Notes under the pieces: generated by a model
Database searches by the model: none
Seen by the model: only the letters and a program-made list of their open reading frames with translations
Told to the model about the DNA's origin: nothing
Assembly: GCA_012295275.1 (NCBI GenBank)
Contig: CM022665.1
Span: 16,058,001-16,122,000, forward strand
Direction of reading: 5' to 3'
DNA from: Chrysomallon squamiferum
Taxonomy: Eukaryota; Animalia; Mollusca
DNA length: 64,000 bases
Program-made: the position numbers and the translations under genes
In this document: positions 28,401 to 42,315 of the stretch, piece after piece
Layout: each line of letters begins with the position of its first letter
Numbering within the stretch: position 1 is the stretch's first letter

Positions 28401-30405
28401 TTTGGGGGGGGGCAGGGGGAGGGGTTACTTTAAACATTATATTAAAGCTAAACCAGTAAATGTATTCAACAGATTAACTAAAATTAATCAAAGGATTATA
28501 AAGCAAGCTATGAAACATAAAGGCATTAAAAATATCACAGCAGACATTTTCACTTGTAACAGTGAATTAAGTTTGTTTAAAAATGTCCTTTATACAATTA
28601 TTGAAGAAATAATTATACTATAACTTATTATTCAGTTTAAGATATTTTATCTCTGAAGGTCTTCTAATTACATAAACTAGAAAATCTGCAAAATATTTAA
28701 GACTATAAATAAAATTAAAAGACAACACACCACACACACACAAAAAAAAAATAAGAAAAAAAAAAAAAGCAGAAGGGAATGATGTGTATTTTATAAATAA
28801 ATGATTCCTGTGTGCTATATTCATTTTACATAATGTTCTTGGTTACTTGTGGTTTCTTTTTTCTGTATTTCTAATAGTATTTTGTTTCAAGTACAAATAA
28901 GTACAGTATAAGCTCAATGCAGTAAAAAAAAATTAACTGATTGAATGCTACAACAGTAATTAAAGAGGTACAGTCATAATAATGTATTTATTTGTCAGAC
29001 ATTCTTAAAATACTGGCATATGATACAAGTGAACAATAATTTAATAAACAATAAAATGTAGAAAGGCAAAGCTTATCATCAAGGGTTTATGTTTTATATA
29101 AACATAAAGTATAATGTAGTTATATGTCAAAAGCCATCTCTGCACTGCAGTGAAAGACTGCCCAGTTTTTGTGATGCATAATTGCTTTCCTAGAAGGGGG
29201 TTCCTTCACTTGTGTTTCTGTTTAGTCATTATTTTCATAAACACCAAATATTACAACTCAGTAAACAGATTTTCTTTCATTACTGTATTTATTTCGTGAT
29301 GTGTGATCTGTAATTTCAAAATGATCATCATGTGACTAAGGAAAGCTTATTTGGGACTTTAAATCATCTACAAGATAATATTTTCTTTCTGATAAATGTT
29401 GATATGGAGACAGTTCTTAAAAATGTTATGAGTTTTTTATATATCTATATAATGAAGTCATTAGGCAATTTAATGTTATTAATTAACTGATAAAAAATTG
29501 AATGTTAGCAAAATGCTTGAAAATATAAAAGCCTCTACAGTTCATCAGTCTTGAAATATGGTTTATTTTATTTTATTTATTTATTATTATTTTTGTTTTT
29601 GTTTTTTTTTTAGTTTGGGAAAATTGCACAATTAAGGTACATTTGAGCTAATTAGTGCAGTTAGAAGCATGCTTAAAAATACTGTACAGCTCTAGAACTC
29701 ATCTGCATCTTCATTTTGATATATAGTTCATGTATGAAATTATATGAGATATTTTGTGTTTATGCTGCAAATGACTGAAATGAATCACAATTTCTGAAGG
29801 AAAATACTAGCAAATTTGATTCAGATACAATTTTTTAACGTTTTTTCTTCATGTCAGTGCTAGAAATGATATTTTGGTGTCATTTTTATCTCTTTTTTTC
29901 TTTATCTTTTTATTTCTTTCTTTTTTCTTTTTTATTTCTTTTTTTTATTATTATATTTATTATTATCATTATTATTATTATTTATTTTTTTATTTTTGGA
30001 TCTTTCTGATGATATATAATTTTACAGGAAAACTATATTTTTGAAAATTTTGTCACATATCTATTATTTCTGATGTCGTATAACAAACATGTACCGAAAA
30101 AAAGAAGAGAAAAAAACGATCGGAATTCTTTCCTTATTATTAAATATGAATCTATTATATGTTACTGCATTTACTTCTTAATTACTATAACTGTCAAAAA
30201 CGGAAAAAGGCTAAGTTCATTAAAAAATATATATATAATATATAAATAAACACGGAAATTCAAGTTCAACTGAAAATACATATTATTAATTTTGTGCGGC
30301 ATACTCGTGATTCATTGCAGTTGTAGAACTTACTGAATGCTTGTCATTTTTTCGTCTGGATAACTGTGCATATGTATCCCAAGTCTCTAATAATAATTCA
30401 TACAT
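329..30405 (-). CDS. LYST: Lysosomal trafficking regulator LYST (Chediak-Higashi/BEACH family), 5' ~2907 aa; gene continues beyond the window start
   Basis: 41 exons joined by hand, in frame, 8721 nt total: 30334-30405, 27459-27538, 26470-26635, 25753-25861, 22844-25353, 22329-22496, 21584-21731, 20927-21120, 20539-20605, 20117-20238, 19606-19720, 19216-19440, 18696-18846, 17993-18125, 17568-17739, 17107-17303, 16522-16761, 15918-16109, 15080-15361, 14418-14616, 13962-14093, 13004-13501, 12417-12559, 11780-11949, 11036-11165, 10535-10632, 9947-10036, 9166-9248, 8610-8765, 7095-7475, 6444-6571, 6095-6166, 5393-5524, 4684-4857, 3699-3775, 3003-3191, 2315-2460, 1954-2059, 1322-1383, 853-911, 329-481. 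LYST-type motifs: [98 protein letters not shown], and PH-domain [30 protein letters not shown]. Confidence 0.95.
3225..3420. repeat. Degenerate ~35-bp repeat AAAATTATGCAATAAAAAACAATATC
   Basis: About 5 copies in LYST intron 35. Confidence 0.55.
8081..8310. repeat. 20-bp minisatellite CAACTCCAAACAACAC(A/T)CTA, ~11 copies, degenerate tail to ~8520
   Basis: Exact 20-nt period visible; lies in LYST intron 29. Confidence 0.95.
22844..25353 (-). CDS. LYST: LYST large exon 5 (2.5 kb, N-terminal alpha-solenoid region)
   Basis: Contains the 804-aa ORF 22832..25246. Acceptor attttag at 25354, donor AAG|GTAACT at 22843. Includes the HHHHDILG and GICCCM motifs. Confidence 0.95.
26894..27312 (+). mobile_element. 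Non-autonomous hAT element with transposase C-terminal dimerization remnant
   Basis: 26990-27085 translates [31 protein letters not shown], matching the hATC pattern 'SAxVERLFS..G.I....R..L'. Subterminal AAATAC/GTATTT repeats at both ends, degenerate TIRs, near-TSD atcacagg/atcacaat. Confidence 0.75.
27615..28020. mobile_element. Degenerate Tigger4/MER46-like MITE (one end eroded)
   Basis: TA+CAGGTTGAGCATC..AAATGTTTGGAACCAAAGTATTTTTGGATTTC..GGATTTTGGAATA, then GTCTAAATACAAAAT and AATAATTTTGTGCA. Colinear with my recollection of the MER46C/Tigger4 consensus, and with 52882-53253 in the opposite orientation. Confidence 0.6.
30334..30405 (-). CDS. LYST: LYST putative first coding exon ([24 protein letters not shown])
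   Basis: ATG at 30405, 72 nt, ends at a GTAAGT donor in phase 0. Joins in frame to 27459-27538 and then 26470-26635. Confidence 0.7.
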
Positions 30406-31240
30406 GTTTTTTTTTCTTAGTACTTATTAACTCTTTTTGGGTTTCACCCACTTTCATGTGATCATTTAGTTTTTGTAAGAGTGATTTGCCCTTGTTATTC
30501 CAGTCGGATTATTTTCGGTATTTTCCGACGAGCACTATTCGGAATATTTCTCTGGTGTGTTTTCGCCAGGTTTCTTTCGATGTGATTTTTATTTCGTATA
30601 AAAAAATACAAATATAAAAAATAAAAATAAAAATTACATATATATCAGAACACCTCAACTTTTCTCTAATTAACCTTGTACAAATGACTGAGATATAGAT
30701 CACGGCATATTAAAAAATTTAGCTGAATAGGTCATTATGTTTGGTGAACAATAACTTGTAAGTGAATGAGACACTACGAAAACATTTCTTTGCATTCTCT
30801 GATTATTTTCTGATGTAAGCAACCATATCCGTAATCAGTTTAAAAACTGAAGAGATTTTCATTTATTTATTTATTTATTTATTTAATTGAACTAGTGAGT
30901 TCATGGCTTCATACAATTTAATACTCAATAATAAAGTAGTTATAACAAAATAGTGGTAGTAGCAGTAGTAATAATAACAATAATAATAATATTCCCTTAG
31001 CAAGAGCAAATAGTAATGTGGCACGATATCGATCGGATTAATGCTGCTGGTCAGTCATTTGTTAACGGACAGTGTAAGCCTCGACATAAAGAGGAGTAAA
31101 CGTTGCATCAGACAAGCAGGTGGAGTTCTGCCAGATACATTCAACCTCACAGGAAGACTAACAACAGTAGTCGAACGCGAAAGTCCAGTTCGCACGTCTT
31201 TTTTTCAAGCGGTGTATATTAACATACGTAAACGGTGACA
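30406..31240. promoter_or_regulatory. Bidirectional promoter/5'UTR region shared by LYST and TXNDC16
   Basis: Divergent ATGs about 835 bp apart. CpG dinucleotides are visibly retained from about 30050 to 31310 while both gene bodies are CpG-depleted. DRE-like TATCGAT near 31028. Confidence 0.75.
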
Positions 31241-31406
31241 ATGCTGCCGAAAGTACTGGTAAACTTTATTTTTATTTCGATTTCGTTTTATACATCGTCA
31301 GCAGAGATGAAATTTGATTTTAAAAATGTAGAGAAATTGACATCTGCCAGCCTGGAAGAATTTAAACAATCACCCCAAGTGTCTATTGTTTATTACTACA
31401 TAAAAG
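31241..31406 (+). CDS. TXNDC16: TXNDC16 first coding exon with signal peptide
   Basis: MLPKVLVNFIFISISFYTSSA-EMKFDF: hydrophobic core and small-residue cleavage site. Donor AAG|GTAAGA. Confidence 0.85.
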
Positions 31407-34400
31407 GTAAGACATTGTCATTATGATTATTCATTTATTGTATGTTTTTGGTAGTGATATTAAAAATAAAATATAATAATAAATTTAAAAGAAATTAAAA
31501 TTTTAAATTAAAATGGCTTGAATAAAATTATTGTAATTTTATATAACTCATTAACATACGTAAAACAACTGAGTATCTTAATAATAATAAATAAGAAATT
31601 TTCATTAATTTTCTGTTTCTCCCCCATATCAACCAAATCCTCTCAAATTTTCTCAATTCCCTCTTCCACCTACCTCTCTCATTACGTCTCAATGAATTTC
31701 TTGACAATTATTACTGGATGAATTAGATAACTGAAATTATAATTTATAATTTACTATCCAGTTTTCATTTATTTATTTATTTGTTAATTTAAAAAAAATA
31801 ATAATAATAAAGTAGAAGAAAAGATTTATACTTTAGTAATCTGACAAATAATAAATAAAATAAAAATGTTTAAAAAAACAAACTGATTTTCATTTAGGTT
31901 TTTATTTTTTTAATTTTTATTCTCATATATATGTCAGTGTTAATGATCATGTTCTGATCTTTAATCATTGTTGATTTTTTGTTTATTTTATATTATACAT
32001 TTTTAATTATTGTATTTTTTATAATTTTCATTTATTCAGTATTGTATTATAAGTATATTTTATTTTTATGAATTTAAAAAGTCTGAAAAATATACAAACA
32101 TGGATACACACATATAAAATCATATTTATGTGTACAAACATACATGTATACATACATACATACATACATGCATAATTGCATGTCAGCATTACATGGACCT
32201 ACACATATATGCAAAACAGTACATTTGAGGTACATAGATAATGTCACTGAAGCAGTAAATATGATCATTAAAGTATATCTATAATCCATCATGGCACAGT
32301 AGGATAATTAAATAATACTCTTACAACATCACTGCATACATAACAGAGCAGGAGCTATATTTTCCCTATGCTAGAAGAAACTTGAGAGCAAATCGATCCA
32401 CCCTATGTGTATAATGTCATGACAACAGAATCGTGGTGTTGCCCAGATATTTTTAAACTGAACTCCTTTGTTGGTTTACTTCATTACTGATTAAGACTAG
32501 ACAGTAAAAATATAGTTAAATAAAATTTAGAAGTATGCAGAATATATTTAGTCTGTTTCTACATTTCATTTGATTATTATATTATAAAAATGAGTTGACA
32601 GTTGATAACCAAAGAGTAATAAGGTAATTTAAAGTAGCAAATGTTTATTAAATAATCTTGAAATAGGTATATTTTTGTACAGTATTTTATTTTTACTTTT
32701 ACCACATTAGGTAATTTCTGTTGGAATAACTGGCATTAAAAATAAAAATTAAGTAATTTGATAATGATACACTTCATATAGCTGTTAGGTTTATTTAAAC
32801 ATGCAGAGTTAAAACCAAAAGTAAATATAGAGATTGGCACAGTTTTTAAATAATTCATAAAAGTACATTTCTTACACTACCAATATCACCAGGTCTTAGA
32901 AATACTTGTCTGTATGTTATTTTTCATGGGAAGATAATGTATAGATTTGACTTTTTAAATAATTTTTAATATTTATTTGGATAGAAATGCATGCACGCAC
33001 ACACACATGCACACACACACACACACACATATATATTTAGGAGTCTATTAAAAGGATATGTATTAGAAAGTTTCATTAATAAAAATAACATATGGAAAAG
33101 CAAGATTATCCTTCATCTGTATATTTATGCATCAGGTATTTATAATTTTAACTAACAACTCTAATTTATATCTCAAGTATAAATTGGAATCAGAAACACA
33201 TTTGGTGACATTCATTAGCTATATATATACTGCATATTGTAGTATTTAGATATTTGTTTTTATAAAGCATATGCTACAGTCATAATATTTTGTTAAAATC
33301 TCTGCTACCTACATAGAACAATCAACCAAATACTTGCTTTGTAAACTCTATATTACTGCATTCTAATACATGGCATGGCTGTGTATAATTTAATTATGTA
33401 GATTATCAAGAGTAGTACCATAAAAGGTGATAGTAACTATAATTATACAGTAAGTAAATGTAGAACATATGCTAACAGTCCTAGAGTCACAGAAATGTAT
33501 TATGATTATTCAAAAATATTATATGTTAATATATCGGTATACATTAACCAGCATTTGTTTTCTTTTTCTTTTTTTTTATCTTTTAAGTTATAATTTTGTG
33601 CATATCAGCATTATGGTTGAACATTTATATTATGTTTAAAGAAGAAAGAAAAAAAAGGATAATAAAAAATTTAAAAGCCTGTACCATAAGTATGAACAAT
33701 AGCCTGTTACCTTTTTATCATTGTTGATGTGATTATGTAGATTGTAAAATATGTTGTTGTTTGTGTTTTTAAAATGTCTTGTTAATGACATTACAACAAC
33801 ACATTTTATGATTTATCTATATAATGGTTATAAAAAATTCAAAAAAGAAGAAGAAAAAAAGAAAAGAAAAGATGGGCAAGAACTGAAGAACTGAAGAAGC
33901 TAAGAACAGCCAGTTTCATTTTAGCATCATTATTGTAATTACTGGTGTACAGATTATAAAATATGTTAAGAACAAAATATTTTTTAATGGACTCTCTTTA
34001 GCACATTTATTGATTTGGTTGTATAGAGAGTGTTAAAAAAATAATTATAATAATAATTTAAAAAAAATGCTAGAAGAATATTTAGTTAATAGCACATTTT
34101 CTGATTCTGCTTTATAGCTCGTTAATAAAATGAAATTGAAATAATATTATGAAAATATGCTAGAAACACTGAAAGAGTATTTTGATTTGGCTTAATTCTG
34201 ATTTCTCTTAATAGAACAAAAAATAATAAGCTAAAAGAATATTTACTTAATTAAATTACATTTTCTGCTACTACTTTATAACACGTTTTAAAAAAAATAT
34301 TCTTTTATGTATGCTAAAGTAATATTTTGTTAATGACACCACTGAAATAATTTTTGCTTTGTTTTTATAGCATGCTAAAAAGATGTATATAAATTAAAAA

Positions 34401-36702
34401 AATTAAACATATGCTAAAAAAATATTTCGTTAATGACACCATGACAGCACAATTTTTGCTTTGGTTTTATAGAATGTTAAAAATATATATATATCAATAA
34501 AACAATTTTTTTTAAATAGACTAAAAGAATATTTTTTTAAAAACATGCCTGCAACACATTTTCTGATGCAACTCTATAACATTCAACTTTTTTAAAAAGT
34601 AATATTACCAGAAATTCTGTGGTACAATTGTAATGAAATGTAAGCCAGGACAGTAAATGACAAGATAACTCATAATGAAATATTTTCATGTCTGTAATGA
34701 GGCATTTCTGAGTGGATTTGTCAGAGTACCAGTTTATAGCTGGTTATTTTAGCTGAGGTATAAGATGTGTTACATTATTTTCTGCATTTCTAGGAAGAAA
34801 AAAAAAGTTATTGAGATGTGCCAAAATCAATAAATTTGAAAAAAGAGACATTTTAAAAATGAGAAAAGAAGGGAAAATATGTTATGAAATACATTGAGAA
34901 TATCTATCAGCTTTAAAAATAAAAATAAAAAAATGAAAAAAAATATTAAAAAATTAAATAAAATTTATAGTCAAATTTTATTCATTTATTTATTTATAGT
35001 ATTAACAATGAATATAAAACTAATGATTAAAAAAATATATATATATATATATTTACAGTATATACCTAATGAATGTCACCAAACATATGTTTCTGATTCC
35101 AATTTATACTTCAGATATAAATCATAGTTGTTAGTTAAAATTATACAGGTACGTGATACATAAATATACAGATGATGGATAATCTTGCTTTTCCATATTT
35201 TACATAATTTCTGTGTAATTTCTTTTCTCCCTGACCATTTTTATATGTTTTATTGTATTTCTAATGTAACTACTTCACTATGCAGCTTTCTTAAAATCAC
35301 ATTGGGTTTACTGATTTTTCAGATCTAAAATTAGGTAATTCTGATGAAGAAACACGCCATTAAAAATGTTTTCACTGCAGAAATATTTTCAATATGCTAC
35401 TTTAACAACATTCATTGAATTTGGTTTTTTTTTGCTTTACATATATTAAATAAATTTATTATTTTGTTATTAGAATGCAGTTACTTAATCTTGTGTGTGT
35501 ATATCTATATAAAGTAAAATAAACCCCCAAAATATGAACATACTTAGGGCCTGGTATGGCTGAATCACTTCAGTATCATTTAAAATAAAATGGACCCTGA
35601 ATTGAATGGACTAATAATGGTTAAGCAGTGTCTGTTAATGCAAAATAGATGTTAAATTGTAAATGACATTTTCATTCATCACTCATTTCAGTTTGATATG
35701 AGGAGGATTTTATTATCAATACATATTTTTCACATTTTATCCTAATAGAAAAAATATGTCTGACCTCCACTGGCAGTTGTGGAGATTAAGTCATATAGAA
35801 CAAATAATACTGTTTAATTGTAATTTACTTAATATGATCACACAAACACATTCTAATTTCTTATTGTTATTAAACATAATGTTTTCTAAATATTATATAA
35901 TTTTGGTATTTTCTCCTTCATCCTTTTTATGTTTTGTTTAATGTAATTTTCTTTGATAAGTAAACACATCATAATTTCATGAATTTGCTTTAAAATTAGC
36001 CTGTTTCAGTCCAAACTATTATTGCATTCAGTTTAAGTAATGTGTGCTATCTTGTTTGTATATATACATAAAAGATGACTGTCTGTTTGGCAGCAGTGTG
36101 TTTCTTTTCACTGTGTTTATGATTTTTAATCGTAGATATGACACCATAGAACTATTACTATTAATATTACACACACACACATACACCCACACTTACCTTC
36201 TCTGGGGGGTTTTGTTTTTTTTTCTCTCTGGATTATAATTTGTTCAGTATGCCATTAATTTTTTTTTTATTTTTTTTTTTTATTTGCTTTTGTTTTCCCC
36301 TGATGCTAGTGATATGTATGAAGGTTACTGAGCTCTTCAGTATTACCACCGAATGCTGGAACTGTTCATAGAAAAAAGAAAATAACTGACCAGCTTCAAA
36401 GAGAAATGGGAATATAGAACAAAGAAAAATTATAGACTTTCTTTTGTTTTATTTTTTTTATTTTTATTTTTATTTTTTTTAATGAAACACAAATAAAATA
36501 CATTATAATATTTTAAGCACACACACAAAAATATTGATGTTATATTTTAACTTTAGAAAAAAAGTGAAAAATAGTATTTAAAAAAATATATCAATACAAG
36601 ACTGATTCTTGTTTGCCTTAGGGAGTTACAAAAATTTGTATTTCACTGACGATCCTCATCAAACAACACAATCCAAATAAAGTAAAAATATTTAGTGGAC
36701 AT

Positions 36703-36747
<45 letters not shown>

Positions 36748-39173
36748 TTTTTTTTATTTTTTTTTTTGGTTTATTGTATTTGTAAATATATTCTACAATT
36801 ACATTTACATTTACTTTTAATATATAGATATTGTTATCATTGGTGTTTTTTTTCTCTCAGCATGAAGGTTTTATCTGCTTTGTTGATTCGAGTCATAAAA
36901 TGTATTATTTGATTCTTTGTTTATTCATTGGTTGTTAATTATATAGTTATTAACATTATACTTATAGACTTGGTTTTCTGTAAAAAAAAAATATTGGTTT
37001 ATATTGTATTAAACTAAGTTGAAGTATTTCTAACAGCATATTTACCTTACAAAAAAATCATTCAGCTTTTGAATGTTTTGCTATAGTTTAGTTTTTCAAT
37101 TACTTAAGTTCAGGAGTGCGTGCACTCACACAGGCTTGCACACCCACATATACACATACATCTTTTATCCATTCTTCCATCCAGCCATGCATACCTGTTT
37201 TGGGAAACCTCATACAATTTTCTACCACTGAGTATCAACAGACAATAACTGGGCTATCACTAAATAGCTCTTAACATGAAAATGCATTTCCTATATTTGT
37301 TCATTTTGCAAATAGGTCTAAGTTCAAACACTTGTCTTTTTTTCAAAATTGTACTTCTTTTCTTTATAATGGTAATATTGTTTGTTCCTCTTGGAAGTTA
37401 TGCACATCATACTGATGGCTTCTACTCCTTTTCTAAAAACCGAATCTGCCACTAAAGTTACACTGTTTTGTACTTCAGAAATTAACCTGTTAACTGCTTT
37501 CTTGAATGAGTTGGATAAATCTGCAGAACATCTGTTAACATATGGAACAAAAACTGGTGTTGTGAGTACATATTTGTTAAAAATAATTTGTTAAAATTAA
37601 ACAGATAAATGAATTCCTCCCCCCAAAAAATAATAAAAATAAATAATAAATAATAATGTTATTATGATGATGATAAAAAAAATAAATAAAAAATAAAGTA
37701 TTAAAGTATTTTCTAAAACTGTCTTACAAACATTAAGATAAAAATTATTAGATTTATTCTTACACTGTTGAATGCATGCAGATGAATAATGATTAAATCT
37801 GTGATAAATGTACCTTTATTTAAACCCCTCCCAAAAAACTGTATATCAAATACAGTATATTAAATACACGAGGTTCATCTGAAGTTGCACCAAGAATATC
37901 ATTATTTACATGATGTAGTAGGATATTAAAAAAACCCAATAATACTGTGTTTTACTGCAACATGCATGCACAATGTTATTGAAATTTGTTAAAAATAATA
38001 GCATAGTAATAAAAATGTTTTCTATTTGAATTTACATTTTTGCATTTTAGTTTGACTGTAGTGTTCATAAAGAAGAAACCACATGCTCAGAACCAGAGAC
38101 AGAAAGCCATGTATATACATACCAGTAAGTTTTCTGTTATGTAGTTGTGTGTAGTGTGTGCATGTATGTATCTTGGTATGCCTTTAAAAACAAATGTATA
38201 AAAGTATTCAGTGATGTAATTATAATAAAACATAGTGTGTCTGTGTGTGAGAGAGTTTGTGACTCCCAAGTATTCTGGATAAGTGAGGTTTAACCTGGAC
38301 TGTATTATTACATTGTATTGTATTGTATTGTATCATGTACATGATATATATGATATATTATTATTTATTTTCAGAAATGGTAAAGAACTCTATACCTTAA
38401 ATATTGACACCTTGTTTGATGTTAACAGTGTATTGTCCAACATTCTTCAGTAAGTGTTTTCTATTCATTATTTTAAATAAATAAATAAATAAATAAATAA
38501 ATTCTCTTCACAGTTTTACTTTTCAGTAATACTAATAGGTTAGGTGATTTATACTGAAACTTCTGATATGAATTTTTAATAAACTGCAGAACTCTACTTA
38601 ATTCATCATGTGATGATTTACACCAACTGAAATTAAAACTAGAAACCTCTGTGTTCTGGACAAGATTGCCTGAAGTGGCAGTGGGCTCATGCTTTTATAT
38701 AGGGACTAAAAAGTATTTTCAGACAGGTTTGTGGAAAGGAAAAATATCCATTTGTGTGTCCATGAATAGAAAGACCTCTAAGAAAATATAATGAAATACC
38801 ACTGTGACTGATGGAGTGACTTACTGAATAATTGTTTAATGATACTCCAGCACAAAACAATACTTAGCCATTGGCTTTCATTCCATTAAAACTGAAAATA
38901 ATGAAACATAAGTCACAAAACATTAATTTTATTTTTATTTTTTTTATTTTTTTAATCATTCCTTGGGTTTCATGCATGAGTTCTGTAGCATTTGTTTGTT
39001 CTGCCCACCGATCCCCCTGTTCATCATCACTGAATTTGAAAAAATTAAATCTGTTAATTTTATACAAGTTAAACCTCCTAAAATATGAAACCCAAACTTC
39101 CACATCCATGCTGATGTCAGTAAATGGTTAGTCACAACTTTTCTACATGATTATGTGTTAAATAAATTTTGTA

Positions 39174-39206
<33 letters not shown>

Positions 39207-40643
39207 TGCTTTTGCTTTTGCTTTTGTTTTATTTTTAAAAAAAAATTAATTTAAATAGCCACATTCAGTAGTGGATGTTCATAATACATTCTTTTTCCTA
39301 TTTTTACATTACTAACAAAATAATGGAAGAATATTCATAACAATATATGTCAGAAATTTTCAGTGTTTTATTACATCATATCGAGCCATAAAATATTATT
39401 TTAATATCACAGAATATTTTTCTATTGATTTTTTTTTTTTTTTTTTTAAGAGATGTAAAAATGAGCAAAACCAGTTTTATAAAATTATTTTTTTTTTTTT
39501 TTTTTGTTTTTTGTTTTTGTATTATGTTACAATATTACAGATATTTATAATAATAATTTAAAAGAAACAAAAACAGTAGCTATAACTGCAAAGGTTCTTA
39601 ACAGCATAAATATAAGTTTCTTGCATGGTATTGTTTAGAATAACAATTCTAGAAATGAAATGAATGTTTGAGCTCTTTATAATGGATACATGTATTTAGG
39701 AAAGTCACATAAGTTGATTAACTTCAAGATAAACTTCAGAAATGAGTTTTCACACAGAGCTGTAACATCTGCTGTATTTGTGTTAACACCTACCTAAACA
39801 ACAGGGTTATTATTTTGTATTTATTTATTTATTTTTATTATATTATATATGTTTAATTATTACTCAATACTGCAAAAGTACAGGCATGCATAAGCATGTG
39901 TGTGTGTTTGTGTGTGTGTGTAAAAAGATAGATTATTGACTTTATTAATATTTTACACACACACACTGCAACAGTCTCAATTTAAAACGGTCATCACAAT
40001 AAATAATGAACCTTATTCTATAGTTCACGTGGCTTGAAAGTAGACAAGATAATGAGGACTAATGATTATTACAATGATTTTATGTAACAAAATGTTGTTG
40101 TTTTTCCCCCCCTGTTTAACATGCCTATATATTTAAAAAAAAATAAAAATAAAAATATTTTCCCTCTTTATGAATTGTTTCTGAAAATTCTTCACATAAA
40201 AGCCAACAACTTTATAAATAATTGCCTGGAAACCGTAATGACTGACCCTCAAAACACTTTAGCAGAAATAAAACTAAAAAACAATAACTTGTCTCATAAT
40301 ACAGTAAAATATGTTGACAGCTCAAATATGGAATTATGTAAAAGATAACAAAAATGTTTTACAGGAAATTCTGAAATAGGAATCATTTTTAGATTATTAA
40401 AGTGGCTTTAATGTATAAGAAAAATAGTTAAAAAAAAAAAAAAAAAAAAGTAATTTTATTTTAACTGTTTTTAACATTTGTGTAAAAATAGATGAGGTAA
40501 CTTTTTTTCATTACTGGGTTTAATGGTCATGTAAAAATGGGAACTAATTAAAGATATCTGAATTTGTACATATAGTAGAATATGGAATTACGAAAAATAA
40601 AAATAAAATGTTTTTCAGTAATTTCTAGATTATTTAACTGGTT

Positions 40644-40741
<98 letters not shown>

Positions 40742-41773
40742 AATAAATAATTCTTGTTTAACTGGTTTTAAGGTCAATGTAAAATTGGGGAGAAAAACAA
40801 ATTTGGTTACTGTGTTTTACTGCTCATGTGAAAAATAGGGCAGGGGAAAACAACAGAAGAAAAAAAAGAAGACATATTTATAACTGGATATTAATAGTTA
40901 TGTGAAAACAAGTATAAACTAAATATGTTTACATTACTGATTACATTAAGATCATATGCTTTAAAAAAAAGAAAATAGTACTGATTAATTGAGAATCAAA
41001 GTGAAATTTTGTTATGGATGTATAAAAGCATTAATATTGGGCCAGTCATACCTTCATGGATTTGTATTATACAGAATATCTGTTTAGGAGCTCATGATTG
41101 TTACTAGTATTATAAAGATTATTTTGAAATGTAATACTAAATGTTTTTAAATGTAATTTATTTTCAGGTTAATTTTAATGAAGGAGGTTCCTTTCATCCA
41201 TACTAAACAAAATAGACATGAAATTGAAGATGAGTCTAAAGGGAAAAAAGATATAATCTACTCTTACCACAACTACATTGGCACCTATGGTAAGCTAAAT
41301 ATTTTATTGTTTAGTTTATTATTTTCATAGTTGCACTGGTACCTGTAGTAAACTATATACTTTTACACTTATTTATTTTTGTTTTTCATATAAATAGATA
41401 ATGTGAGTGTGTGTGTGTTGTGATAAAACTATACCAGTACTTTTTAAAAAGATTTATGAGTGACTTTTCAAATCAAACACTGGCCAATTCCAGCTTTTTA
41501 ATCTTTAGTATTATACACTAAATGATGGTTTCAGGATTGTTCACATCTGTTACTTGAAATCACATCTGTTGCTTGAAATCACTGCTAGTTCCTGTTCCAG
41601 CTGTAATGATTATAACAATGGTAACTGCTTATTCCCTAATAGTTTTAACACCTGTGTGTTTTTACACCTTTTTTTTTTTCCTCCTTTTCATAGTATTGAC
41701 CTCTATTTGCTAATTAATGGTAGAATAAATAGGATTTCATCATATTAAATTGAACAGGATGCAAAATGTTCTA

Positions 41774-41804
<31 letters not shown>

Positions 41805-42284
41805 ATTGCTTTTGAATGTGATTAGTTACTGTTGACTTTTTTACTTAGTTTAGTTTTTTCGGGGGGGTTTCATTTGTTTTTGTTGGGTTTTTTTTCATAT
41901 ATTTTTTATTTTTATTTATTTTTTTTTTTTAGCTACTGACTGTATAGTCTAGACATAATTTATAAACATACTTGTGGTAATCTTTCAAATTATTTTTTTA
42001 ATTATTTTGTATAAAAGCAGTTTATATGACGTGTAATTTACTTTCTTTATACAAATATCAGTCCCAATTTTCACTGTGTTCTGTTTTGGTTTTGATTACT
42101 TACAGAACACAGAATATTCATGGAACTTGCATTTGCCTATCACGATAAATATTCCTTTGTAATCACACCCACTGAAGATGGAATACAGGAGCTTATGTGA
42201 GTGACTGAGAAGTCAAGAAAATAAGAGAACATGTATCATATCATTACATTTAAATCTTTGATTTCATCTCCTCATAATAGAATT

Positions 42285-42315
<31 letters not shown>

